Assembly: GCA_964188305.1 (NCBI GenBank) | Contig: OZ076893.1 | Reading direction: 5' to 3' (one strand) | Source of the DNA: Podarcis bocagei | Lineage: Eukaryota | DNA: 64,000 nt | Shown: positions 41,506 to 54,105 of the stretch, piece by piece | How positions within the stretch are numbered: position 1 is the first letter of the stretch | Layout: every line of letters begins with the position of its first letter | Translations under genes and position numbers: made by a program | The notes under the pieces: model-generated | Told to the model about the DNA's origin: nothing | Database searches by the model: none | What the model saw: the letters and a program-made list of their open reading frames with translations, nothing else

Positions 41506-42959
41506 TGTGCTACTGATAGTACAGAGTAGTGTGTACTGGGCACAGTCCAGTGCACAGACATGCATGGGCATATACCAACCTGCATTGGATTTGGGCCATT
41601 TTATGTAATATAGAAATGTGATGGGCCTTTTTATAGTTTTGTTCCCCCATTACTGCACTGTTGTAGAGGTGATCATTTCCAACATTGTTGCTGCAAACCT
41701 ACACACACCTGGGAGAAAGTTTCACTGAACTCTTGAGTAAAGGATTGAGTATAGGATTGTTCTGTGCTTTTCTGAGCTTTTCAAGCAGACAAATGCTTAG
41801 GTGAAACTATGTTTAGTAGGTAAGTATATCAAGATAAATTATGGGCATCAAATTGTGACAGAAGCATGAGCCAAAAGAGTGGGGATATGCAAAACCCTTT
41901 AGAAACAGCACAAATATGGACTTAGTTAATGCAGATGTATGTCATTTATACAATGCAATCCTATATATGCCTACTCAGAAGTAAACTCTGTTGAATTCAG
42001 TGGTACTTACTCCCAGATAAGTGTGCATAGGAATACAGCCATAAAGTCCCAGAATAATGCTTTATCTTTACAGGTAAACTATTTTTTCTAAGGCTATCCA
42101 TGAATTCCATCTTCCTTCAAACATGAGTTTACCTGTAGCTTTCCAAGAAAGATGCTATGAGACATAAAGGATGCTTCCTGCAATGCTATTCCAGTTAATC
42201 AGCATTAACTGAATTAATCAGCATAGATACGAAAGTATATTAGTTGAGCTTTTCTTGAAATTTGGTTATACTTTATTTTTATGAGATTAGGTACTTGAAC
42301 CATAGTAAATAGTCTGGATACAGGTTTATAGTGGATAAAATCCACTTTTGAAATAAATGGATTTATGCAGGAGTGCTCAGTGGAGTGTCCCAAAGGTACA
42401 AAACTTTTACAAAGTAATCCCAATAGGTAGCTGAAATCCTGAAACCATAAAATAATAAACACTGTATAAATTATTTCCCATTACTTTAAGACATTTAGTA
42501 TTATTTCATACTTATTTCATTAACCATGGCCACTTGATTTGCTGCTGGTGATTAAAAAAAGCACATGGAATCCTAGCATTCTACAGCCACATCTTAAATA
42601 CATTCTACAAAATCTTTCACAGTGTCAAAAAAGAAAAAGGAGAGGCAGGACACTTTTTCTTAGTCCAACAACAAAAATGTGTTTCATTAACTCCGAATGC
42701 CAAAGGTAAAGTTTTTGCTATTGCACACACTTCCACAAACCAGAGTAAAAGGCAAAGCTTGGAAATCAAGAAAAACTAAAGGAAGGAGAGGAGAATGCAA
42801 ACCTACTTGTAACCAACAGTTCCCATCTTCTGAACCAGGAAATTCTGTTGCTCCTGCCGCCACCACTACCACCACAACCCAGCATAATAGCACTTCTGCT
42901 GTGAGATCTGCAGCTAGCTTTTCAGCCTCCAACCTCTGGAAGGCTCACAATACTTCTGG

Positions 42960-45900
42960 GCTGGCATCAAGTGAGACTTGAACAAGCGGGGAGGGCGGGG
43001 GGGGGGGGAGAGACCAACCAATTCCCCCATTCGGTCATGTGCAAAAGCCTACAGCTCTTTTGTTGATTCCCCCCTGCCCTCTGCTTTCTGCAGTGAGCCG
43101 AGCACATCTCCCCGATGCTCAGAGGGATATGGGCTAACAATGAAGGGGAAAAACACAAGCTGCTATCCCGGGGAAAGCCCCAAGCCAAGGGCCGCCCCGC
43201 TTTGTGCCAAGAAGGACCCGCGGTGCTTTCTCGCTCGGAACTCGTCTCAGATGGGGAGCGCGGAGGCGTAGGACACGCCGCCCCCCCCCAGCAGCCCCCA
43301 CCCCCACGGCGCCCCCTCTCAGCCCCGGGAGGCGAAGGGAAGAGGCCGCCCCCAACAACGACAGAAAGGGGATCATGGCAAGGGAAAGGCAGGAGGGCGA
43401 TCGCGCTCAGGGTGTGCTTGGTGCGTTGGCTGCGCAGGGAAAGAAGGGAAGGGAGGCGCACAAAGCCCAGAGCCTTGCAGAAGGTGCCAGGCAAAGGCAG
43501 CGCTGGCTGGAGATTGGGGGGAGGGGGGAGGAGGAGGGGGCGGAGGGAGGCGAGCAGCCGGAGCCCACGGGTGGCCGCGATGGGGCGGCAGCTGCTGCTG
43601 CTCGCCACTCTCCCTCCCCGGTGCGGCTCCCAAACAAGGCAGGCAATTTCTCGACTCACCGTGGTCTTGACCGGCACGTAGAGCACTTGCTTCCCTCCGC
43701 CGCCGCCGCCACCACCAGCGCCAGCCCCGCTGACCTCGTCCGGATGGCCGAGCTGAAAGCCTTTGGATTTGACCCAGAATTTGAATTTGGCGTTATCCGT
43801 GGAGCTGCTCTCGGAGCCGTTAAGCAGCTGGACAATCCGCTCGTATTTCTTGCGGGTCACCGTCTTGGTTTTGCCCGAGTCCCCGTAAGTCCGGAGGCAC
43901 CAGTCCTGGAACTGGCGGTACATGTCCCGGTCGCCGCTCTCCATCGTCCCCGGGCGAGACACACACCCCCAAAGCGGACCGGGGCACCTGTTCACCCCGG
44001 GCTCATGGAGGAGGAAGATGCAACCAGGAGGAGGAGGTCCCGCGACAATCACACCCTAGAGAGGGCTGAGGGGTGGGGGTGGCTGGGGTGTGTGCGTGTG
44101 TGTCTGCTGGGGGGGGGGTCGCCTCCCCCCTTTCTTTGCTGGAGGAGCGATCGGGGTGGATGAGGGGCTGGGCGATCAATTCCAGAGTGGCTCAGCAGTC
44201 CTGATCATTTTTCAACTTGATCATCCCAACCGCCACCCCTCCTCCCCACATCCACCAGGCAACCAGGTCTTGCTTCCTCTTGCTTCCCCAGTACGTGATC
44301 CGTCCCTTTAATCTCGTGGCCGGCAGGACTATCCCAGCGTCTCCAGCAGCGCCTCTCCCCCCACCCCCGAGGGTTGCGCCTTTATGGCCCCGAAGACATG
44401 GACCCTAGCTCCGCGAAGAAAAAAGGAAAGGGAGAGCGAAAGGACAGATCATGGAGTCGGATTCTTCTCTCCCGGGCATCCGCTTCAGCCTGGATGGTGC
44501 AGGTTGGAGGGAGGGGGGGCAGAGAGAAAAGCCCACCCTCCACCCCAGCCAGCCAACCCTGGGCTGCCTTCCTGTGTCTGTCCGGGAGGACCCTGCTTCT
44601 CCCACAAGCAGCCTCTCCACGCAGGATGGAGGAAAACGCTGAAGGGCAAGCGGGTCTCTCTTCTTCTCTTCTCCTTTATTCCATCTTAGGGCTCCATGCT
44701 TTGGGTGGGAAGCTGTTGGTGGGATAGAAAGTTCTTTCCTGCCTAACAAATCCAGGGTGCATCACCGAGAGAAATCTTGACAGATCATCCTCGCAGGCTT
44801 TATTTAGCTATTTTTGGGGGGGTGGGGAAATCCCACTAAACCGAGTAAAAGAATAATGATGATAATAACCTCGACCCTTCGGAAGGTACAAAAATTAGGC
44901 TTGGGACCAAAGGAGGGCGAGCTGAGTTCTGGGAGGATGTTGGCCGGCGGATGGCGGCCGGCGGTGGGGCTGCGCATGTAAAAACGGTTTTTCGCCCATT
45001 TAGCGACTCGTCCAGCCGAAGGTATCTGGTGGTCTCCCCCGGCTGCGAGGCGTTCGAGGAAGTTTGGCGTCCGGATGCTTGATGGAGAACCAGCGCCGCC
45101 CGTTTCCTCGCCGCCGCCTGCTTCCCTCCCTGCTTGGAGCAGCCTCGATTATTGTCCCTGCCTTGGCCCCCGTTTCCGTTACCCCTTGAAACCCTCGCCG
45201 CCTGTGGGCCGCGCCGCCGAGCCCCCTCTCCTCCTCGGGAGCCCCGTTGCCAGCGCCTCGCGACGACGACCCTCCGAGCTGGCGAAAGCAGGCGGCAGCT
45301 GCTCCATCCGACACCTATTCGCCGCCCGGGAAAGGGAGTTCCCCTCCTCCGCCTCCGCCTCCTCCGCCTCTCCGCCGCGCGAGCCCAGACACACTCCCAC
45401 TCTGTCTCTCTGCGCGCGTCTTCTCTCTCATGGCTCCCGGACCCGTCCAGTCCTGGCTCCTCTCTCTCTCTCTCTCTGGTCACCTCACACGCCAATCCCA
45501 GCTCCCTCTCTCAGACCCTCCTATGGCTCGTTGCCGTGGGGGCTGAGGGGAAGGCACCGAGCTGCTCTCCCTCCCCTCTCCACGGCTCTCCCTCCATCCG
45601 AAAGGCGCCGTGAGGTAAATGAATGGGCCGCCTGGCACCTTGCGCGCGCGCCGCGCCTCAGCCTTGTCCCAGGCAGGCACTTGCGAAATGGACAGTGCCC
45701 GCCTGCCTCTCCCGCCTCCTCCTCCTCCTCTTCCCCCTTCCTCCCCCCACCCCGCTCGCTCCCTCAGTCTCTCTCTCTCTCTCTCTCCCTCCCCCGCCTC
45801 CCTCTCTGCCAGCCGCTCTCTCTGCTCAGCGGCTCTACTAGAAGGTCTCGCGGCGCAGGAACCGGGACTGACAGCCGGCAGCGCGAGCCGAGCGCGAGCA

Positions 45901-46800
45901 AAAGCTCCTCGCCAAAGCCCTTCTCTCCCGCGTCGGCTCCCCGCCTCGCCTCCCCGCTCCTTGGCCGCCCTCCGCTGATTGGCCAGCGGGACAAAAGTTT
46001 CTGTGGAGACGGCAGAGCGGCGACGTGACGGACAGAATTGTCCCATTTAGGGATGCCGGGCTCGCGCATGCTGCGGGCGGGCGGCGGCAGGTTGGAGAGC
46101 GCCGCGCAGGCGGGCGGGGCTGGCCCGAGCGGCGGGCGGCAAGGTGGCGCAGGGGAGCCGGCGGAAGGCGGAGGAGGAGGCCTCTCCACCACCCTCCCCG
46201 CCACAGCCAGGTGGGGGGAAGGGGGAGGGGCGTGCGAGGGGAGCGTTTCCATGGAGATTTCTCCTGGTCTAGCCTAGCTTAGCCTCCCTCTTTCTCTCTC
46301 TCTCCCCTAAGTCCCCCCCTTCCACCTCCCTCCCATCAGATCAGCTGACACGTCATTAGCTTAGGACCTAATTATTGCTTATTGGAGCAACAAATGAGGA
46401 GAGGACCAGCTGCAGGAGACTGGCAGGGTGTGTGGGGGGGGGCAGCTCCCCCCACTCGGAGTCCGGTGAGCCAAGAGTCCCGAGTGGATTCTTGTTAACT
46501 TGCAGGGCTCCTCCCGCAGCCACAGCCGCCCCCTTAGCAACCTGCAAGCTCTCAGCTCCGCCGCTCCGCCGTCCCCCTCCTCCTTCTTGCCACTTTTGTT
46601 GTCGTTGATGACTGAGAGAGGGGGAAAAGGACGATGAATCTGACGGGAATCTGGCCCCCGTGGACCCCTCTGTGGCCCGCAAGCATGGAGGGCTGCTGCC
46701 GCCGTACTGTACAGCCAAGGCATCCTTTGCTGTTGCCGCTAGCGGGTACCTTTGCAAAACAAAGCACGTGGACCAGTCCTGCCTTCAAATGGACCCGTGC
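42960..46800. promoter_or_regulatory. NOL4: NOL4 promoter / 5' CpG island
   Basis: Very GC- and CpG-rich ~3.8 kb spanning exon 1 and upstream. Contains GC boxes, ATTGG (CCAAT on minus) at 45978-45982 and X-box-like motifs at 45997-46010 and 46245-46258. TSS not determinable. Confidence 0.85.
43660..43944 (-). CDS. NOL4: Nucleolar protein 4, first coding exon (95 codons)
   Basis: ATG at 43944 gives MESGDRDMYRQFQDWCLRTYGDSGKTKTVTRKKYERIVQLLNGSESSSTDNAKFKFWVKSKGFQLG...KQVLYVPVKTT, recognised as the NOL4 N-terminus. Followed by donor GTGAGT, phase 0. Confidence 0.96.
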
Positions 46801-47230
46801 TCAGTTATCCGTCTCCAAGAGCCAATGCACACTTGCTGTTGACAGGGAGGGGGGGATGCCATCGGGTGTGTGTTGTGGGGAGGTCTCCATTAGGATGTCT
46901 CTTCTGGTACAAGGATGTTGCTCACCTGGTAAGTGCGGGGAGGGAACTCCGGAGAGAGTTCAGTTCCTGCCTTTCCCATAAGGCTGTTTAGAGCTGCAAT
47001 TCTTGCACTAGGAAGGAGCTTCCCCACGAAACCAAAAACTTTGGACATTTTCCTCACAAGTAAATTCTTCTGGTATAAAGTGGGACTCTTCATGCCTAAG
47101 ATGAAAATTATTTTTGTAGGGCAGAAAATGTGAGGCAAAGCTACTCAATGAGGATGTGGAAAGTCCTAGAGCTCAATATCCTTTGGAGTGTGAGAAGAAC
47201 AACACTTAGTGTTCAGATGATGACCACATA

Positions 47231-47561
47231 AAAGATAAAGGACCCCTGACAGTTAAGTCCAGTCGCAAACGACTCTGGGGTTGTGGCACTCATCTCGCTT
47301 TACTGGCCGAAGGAACCAACGTTTGTCCGCAGACAGTTTTTCTGGGTCATGTGACTAGCATAACTAATCTGCTTCTGGTAAAACCAGAGTAGCGCACAGA
47401 AATGCCATTTACCTTCCCGCCAGAGCAGTACCTATTTACTTGTACTTTGACATGCTTTCGAACTGCAAGGTTGGCAGGAGCTGGGACCGACAAACTGCCA
47501 ACCTTCCAATTGGCAAGCCCTAAGTTCAGCGGTTTAGACCACAGCGCCACCCGCATCCCAA
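47231..47561 (-). mobile_element. Sauria SINE, near full length
   Basis: Family sequence with 11-bp TSD ATGACCACATA (47220-47230, 47562-47572). Confidence 0.92.
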
Positions 47562-47771
47562 ATGACCACATAGGCTGTCATGAAGATGATGATGATGCCA
47601 CCCATCTGATTGGGTTGCCTCAGTAAAAACACAATACAACATCACATACTAAAATCTTACCTAACTTCCCAAGGATCATTTGGTAAGGTCATGACTGAAG
47701 TCAGGATTTGACCCCAGGTCATAATCATCATTGTCCACTGGGCTACGCTCTCAGCTCTGTATTTCAAAGTA

Positions 47772-48013
47772 CAGTGGTACCTCGGGTTAAGTACTTAATT
47801 CGTTCCGGAGGTCCATTCTTAACCTGAAACTGTTCTTAACCTGAAGCACCACTTTAGCTAATGGGGCCTCCTGCTGCTGCCGCACTGTCAGAGCCCGATT
47901 TCTGTTCTCATCTTGAAGCAAAGTTCTTAACCTGAAGCACTATTTCTGGGTTAGCAGAGTCTGTAACCTGAAGCGTATGTAACCTGAAGCGTATGTAACC
48001 CGAGGTACCACTG
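47772..48013 (-). mobile_element. Tc1/mariner (Tigger-like) MITE
   Basis: TA|cagtggtacctcgggtta ... taacccgaggtaccactg|TA. Inverted copy of 6225-6450. Confidence 0.92.
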
Positions 48014-50600
48014 TATAGGCTATATGCCACATTTATGTACTTACCAGCTTCATCAGTGGCTCAAGATGTTCCAGCTTGGATTTAGTTCAGTGGCCAGTTT
48101 GACACACCTGGTCAGGTTCATGCAGGAAAAATATTAATATTAGATGCTCATTTCTGTATTTATTTAAAACATTTCTACTGTGGTGGCCACTGTCCCTAAG
48201 AGGTAATTCATCAGGGTCTGCATATCAGCAGTGGGTGGGACCATAGCCCAAAGTGGAGAGAATCACCCCTTTCTCTTTCTGCCACCTCCTTCCCTCTCTC
48301 CTCTCTCCCTCTCTCCCTCTCCCCACCCAATCAGCTGCCAGGGGAGAGACAGATTCTGCTTGCCAGTTGTCTGAACTGATTTCTTGCAGGAGGTTCCCCC
48401 ACACCCTCCTCTTTCCATCAATGCATCAAGTTCAGCTTTCCTCTCTGCTTTTTGTCCCATACCCTCCTTTCTACTGGGCTCCCCCCACACCTACTCAAAA
48501 TTATTAAAGCTAGGGCTGCAGGTTGCTCACCTCTAAATTATGCATTGTACTTTAGAAAAAGGCTGTTTACAATACAATTTTAAAATAATCATAACATAAA
48601 AATCTTGATTAAAAGTTTCAGCATAAGAGGACAGCACAAATAAGACACAGTAGATAAACCATACATTTAAAAGGCCCAAGAGAATAGGGTCTTCACTTAG
48701 TGCCAAAACAAATTCATGAACACACCAGGTGAACCTCCATGGGGTGAATATTTCATATTTCGGATGCCAGAATAGGAAAATTCATTTCCCTAGTCACCTC
48801 ACTGTCCACCACAGCAGCAGATGGCTGCACTTTCATCCACATGAGCTGCAGCAGCACAGCAGGATGGAGTTGGAGAGGGACATGGTGATGAGGTCAGTGT
48901 GGTGCAAACACACTGGCAGGAGTGCCAGATCATCTCAGTCATTGTGTTTTGCATTGTGTTTTGCACTGTGTCAGCCTCAGCACCATACCTCTCTTCCTCT
49001 CCATCCTGGCATGCTTGTTGTGACTCAGCTGACTGGAGGCTGGGTGAGAGACACAGTCTCACCGTACCTACAGGTAATATGGATTCAGTGATTAAGACTA
49101 TGATACCCAATTCACTTACCATTTCATATAATAATATATGTCAATATAAGTCAAAGAGTTATTGTAGTGGTATAAATTATAATTAGAGTTTTGTAAAATT
49201 TAATGTATTTTATATGCATTTATTTTGTTAAGTTTATTGTCTGTGTATGTGAATGGCCTGATTGGCTAATGAGCAAATAAAATTTTGATTTGGAATATGA
49301 TGATACTTCATTACTATCTTATTATCACATTATTAAACACACCAGTCAGGAAAGCCTACAACTTCTACAAGATGTTGGTACATAGGAAGTGGGGAGTAAA
49401 ATTTACAGGGAACATTGAGAAATGTTTTGTTGATTCCAGATTATTACTCAATATTAAAACATGAAATGTGCTGTGAAAACACACAAAATTTAAAAAGCAA
49501 ACTCATTATCTAGCTCATGCATACACGATCCTCTCTTCAAGATTTCTTTGTTGCTTCCCTGGATCTATTATCTCCTTCAGAACTTTAACATTTGATGGTT
49601 TCATTCTATATTATCTGGGATTCTGCAGCATAAATACAGCCTCTCTGTAACTGCTCACTTTTTAAGAAATATTTTTTAATCATGCTAAAGCATGAAAGCA
49701 CACTTATTTATTATTTTTCTGGTGCAGGTGTTACACTGGAATAGGGAATTAAAATTATCTTTTGTTCTAACAATGTGGTAGCTTTCCCCCCTAAATTCTC
49801 ACACTTCATTCAAGACATCATCAAAAGGGCTTGGAGGCTTTGTATATTTATTTAAATTTAATCAGTCACTTAGCAGACAGCCTAATCAAAAATCTCCCCA
49901 GATTTCCTTTTTGTATGTTTATTATTCATTCTGCTTTGTGACTGAACGGACCACTAAAATTGCACTCTCTCTCTCTCACTCTCTCTCTCTCTCTCTCTCT
50001 TTTACTGAACCTTATTCTGGGCTAGTAATTCGACTTTTTCAAAAAGTTGCATTCAAGAAAAACTTTAAAATAAACAAAATTACTTTTGTCCTCTTGTTGG
50101 TTGGATGTAATTTTAGTGGTTTTGTTTTGCTCACTCTCTCAACAGTATTTTTTTTTTTTTTTGCTTAATTCTTGTATTTCAACTGTGTACTTGTATTTTT
50201 TTGTAAGCCCCTTTGGTGCCCTTTTCTAGGGCTGAAAAGCTGGGTATAAATGCACTCACATTTGAATATAAGTTTTTTAAAAAAATAGTGTGGTGTGTTA
50301 TTTTCCAGTTTGGGAACAAATAAAGGTTTGATACAGTTTCAGTTCATATTCTATTCTTTAAATTCAACTTAGGAACCTTGGAGAGCTCATAATTTTGAGG
50401 ATTTCTGTTCAGGATCAGTAGTTAATGTGTTGCTATTATAAATAAACATTGTAGTCTGATTTTTCATTTAAGTACCATGATCTGTGTGGTTGTCTTCTAC
50501 ATTCTGTAACCAGGAATATCTAAGAAGCCTAGTGCAAAAGAAGAGTAGAGATAACTGAAGAATGACTATCAATGGAGTGGCAAAAACTTTTTAAAATTTT

Positions 50601-50915
50601 CCTTCCTGTAGCACCTTAAAGACCAACTAAGTTGGATACGTGGATTGTAGAGGGTTCTTAATTCTAAGACCCTTGGGTATAATGTCCAGGTTCTTGCATT
50701 TAGTAAGAAAGAAGATATCAGTCTGTACCTGTGCAAGTTTCTTGGTGAGGTTGATGGACTTCCATTTCATGCGGCTCAATGTGGTGCCTTCCATGGTTCC
50801 AGTTACAGATAGGTAGCCGTGTTGGTCTGCCATAGTCAAAATAAAAAAATTTAAGGTGCTACAGGAAGGAATTTTTTTATTTTGACTATGGCAGACCAAC
50901 ACGGCTACCTATCTG
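50601..50915. mobile_element. Penelope-like retroelement fragment with inversion
   Basis: Minus-strand MEGTTLSRMKWKSINLTKKLAQVQTDIFFLTKCKNLDIIPKGLRIKNPLQSTY resembles the reptile PLE ORF N-terminus. Contains the terminal-repeat motif ggtagccgtgttggtctg...gcaccttaaagac and the 13-bp TSD TTTTTAAAATTTT. Confidence 0.85.
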
Positions 50916-53190
50916 TTTTTAAAATTTTGTTTCTCATTAAGAATTGACAGAAATTTCCAATTCAGGAAAGCTGTTTAGCCATGATTATATTCACATAGTG
51001 AGGTGCCATCCCCAATTCCTTGTATTTAAGGCCAATAAGAGGGAAAGAGACTGACAATCCTCTGTTTCAGCTGCACTGGTCCTCTCCCTCCATAGGGATG
51101 CTATAAAAAGATTTTGCTAGCCTGTGATGTAGTGAGGATAGATCATTAAGCCATCAGCTAATGCAGAGATCACATTTGGCAGGAAGTGAGTGGCCAGTTG
51201 TGCCATGGAACCTTGCCCATTCTGGTTGAGGAAAGCCAGCTGGAAAGAGATGGGCTCCTTGCTTGCTGAAGCTATCATTGCTTCCTTTTGGAGAGGCATG
51301 GTATTTAACATAATTAAATATGCAGTAGTTAGGCCCTGGTTTTTTGTGTGTTTTTTAACTAAATATATGTGCTGCAGCCACATCTTACAAGATCTGAGCT
51401 TCAACAATTACACTGTGGAATCCTGACAATATTCTAGAGGCTGTAGGCACTAGGAGAGGATATATTATTTAGTTATTATACTTCTTGCTCACAGGAGTGA
51501 GATCAGCAGAGTACCATCCTCTGCAGCTTTAAACTTGGAAGTTTTTTTCCTTCTAGAAACAATGATCCAGGGTGCTTTAAGGGAGACTGGGTTTTCTCCA
51601 GTATTACCCCCTTTCACCTCCTTAACTATAACAACCACACACACTTTGTTTTGTAAAGAAGTAAAAGTAGCATTTACTTACATAATCTAGGACGGTCTTG
51701 AAGCAGCAGTTACAGTAGCAAAATGAAGGCAGGTTCATAACTACTACCTAAGTTACAAAAGTATAATATCTAAGTTCAAAATAGTGTGTGAGCTGCAGAG
51801 CTCAAACAAGCACATGTGGTCAGCTTGGAGGCATGATGGAGAAAAGGAGAGATGTTGAGGCAGGAAGGAAGTATGTAGTGTTACAACTTCTTCCCAAGGC
51901 AGACAAAGGAAGTGATCTCACAGAGTTCTTTCTAGCAAATTTTTCTGGTAAGCTCTGTGAGCCTCAGCCCCTTCATCTGCCTATTTGGCAAAACATGAAT
52001 TGTTGGTTTGACTGTAAGAATGTCCCACAGAAGCTAGCTGAGAGACAAGTCAAGGATCATAAGCGGTGATGATGGTGGAAGGTCATTATATCGGTGGTTC
52101 TTCCTCCACTGTCTTTGCTCCATTTCTCTCCCATTTCCTTATGTGGATGTGTCATATTCCATTGACTTGCATGTACAGAGTGAGCAGTATCTTTTGCGTA
52201 TGAAGTAACACCCAAGGTAGAGCAGGCATTTTGTTCTTGGTGTTATCCTTTATTTTATACATGCATGCATCAGGAATACACTGCAACATTTTGTTGTCGT
52301 CCGTCCCTTGTGGATTCTGAAGGTCAAAGTAGAGGTTATGCTAAACTCCTAAAAATAGGAGCCATGTGTTTCCTCCCCTCTAACACCACTGTAATTATAT
52401 CCAGCTAAAATGAAAATTACTACATAACATACAAAGTCGGCCTACATTAATTTTAGATTGGTCTGGGAACACTTTTATTGTAATTTCAGCTGCAAAGTCA
52501 GCAACCTAAGGAATCAGAAGGGAAAATACAGAGTCATGGCAAATGTACTCAACAAGAGAAAAATTATTAAGTTATAATCACCATTGAGAGAGACATATTT
52601 CTGGAAGAGCTGCATCCTTTCGCATGCGACTGAAGCAATTAATCTCTCTATCCTGCACCTTCCAGTGAAACAGAAAGTTAATCCTTTGTTTTCTAGAAAT
52701 GTTGTGCCACACACCACTTGAAATGTATTTCTCTGTAAATAAGGTACCATTTCAACCACTGTTAGTACAATGTGATTTTTATAGCCGCAAAATAGATTCG
52801 GCTGCCAATCTACAGTGTCTTGATGGAGCTGTTACCAAGAATGATTTCTAACTGGAAGCTTCTCAGCACTGCTATATTACACTGATATCATTTTATGTTT
52901 GACACAGGTGTGAGGTCACAGAACAGTGGCGGGGGGAGGAAAACAGGAATATTATATCTATGAGTGATGCTGTATTCATGGTCACTATGATCCATTTCAA
53001 AACTGAACATCAGAGCAATGCTACTTGGAGAAGGAAGGAATATTGTAGCCAGATATAAGTTTTCAGATGTCCTGGAATGCTGTTTTCATTATTGATAAGG
53101 ACTTGCCAATGGCAGAAGTTAATCCAAGTGAGAAAAACAAGCAGGTAAGGTCTTTTACTTTGATTTTGTTGTAAGGCTTACAGTATTCCT

Positions 53191-53646
53191 TAAAAAAAAA
53201 ATATTTATTAAAGTTTCAGAAAAGATTACAAAAAAAAGAAAAAAAGAAAATACAAAATACAGAAAAGTAAAAACAGTTAAAAACAAATCAATCTTTCCAT
53301 GTCTTGTCTTTCATTTACTTGTTTCCCTGACCTCCTCACACCTCCCTTTTTTGTATTCTAGTTCAGTTAGTTAATTCAGCAAATCCTTTCCCTCGTTTTT
53401 ATCTTAATCCTTTATCTTAATATATTATACCTTTAGATTCTCACCTGTTAACAATCCATTTTTACATACTCCTTTGTAACATTGCTACTAAAACCACTTA
53501 ACTTCATTCCGACGTCATTCTAACATTCATTAATTTTACAGTATTTCTGTAAATAGTCTTTAAATTTCTTCCAATCTTCTTCCACCGACTCTTCTCCCTG
53601 GTCTCAGATTCTGCCAGTCATTTCCGCCAATTCCATATAGTCCATC
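53191..53646 (-). mobile_element. L1-clade LINE 3' fragment
   Basis: Minus strand MDYMELAEMTGRI*DQGEESVEEDWKKFKDYLQKYCK resembles the L1 ORF2 C-terminus. Has AATAAA and 11-bp TSD ACAGTATTCCT (53180-53190, 53647-53657). Confidence 0.82.
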
Positions 53647-53684
53647 ACAGTATTCCTATGTTATTCCAGATTATCACAGAAAAA

Positions 53685-53869
53685 GTAAGAGCTGTTCGAC
53701 AGTGGAATTTGCTGCCAAGGAGTGTGGTGGAGTCTCCTACTTTGGAGGTCTTTAAGCAGAGGCTTGACAACCATATGTCAGGAGTGCTCTGATGGTGTTT
53801 CCTGCTTGGCAGGGGGTTGGACTCGATGGCCCTTGTGGTCTATTCCAACTCTATGATTCTATGATTCTA
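53685..53869 (+). mobile_element. CR1 LINE 3' end
   Basis: cagtggaatttgctgccaaggagtgtggtggagtctcc...ttccaactctatgattctatgattct (ATTCTATG tail). Confidence 0.9.
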
Positions 53870-54105
53870 AATGTGGTAAATGGTGTTGTAATCTGGTTGC
53901 ATTACTCCTACTCAATGTCTTTTGTTTATGAAAGCTTAGTGGCTAAAATACTGAAATAAATCATGAAGTTCTTGGCTTGAATCACATGTCTGCCATGAAC
54001 TCACTCAATAACTTCAGACAAGCCATGCATGATCAGCTTCAGTCCCTGCCCCACATGTCCAACAGGTGGAATAATACTGATTTACCTTACAAGGTTGATT
54101 TAGAA

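Noticed and set aside
42967-43659. C-terminal part of the 361-aa ORF 42967-44052
   Set aside because: NOL4 similarity ends at the GTGAGT donor at 43659; the rest is intron read-through in stop-poor GC-rich DNA.
43115-46991. Many 100-320 aa ORFs around the promoter
   Set aside because: Same GC-richness artefact; some are simply antisense to NOL4 exon 1.
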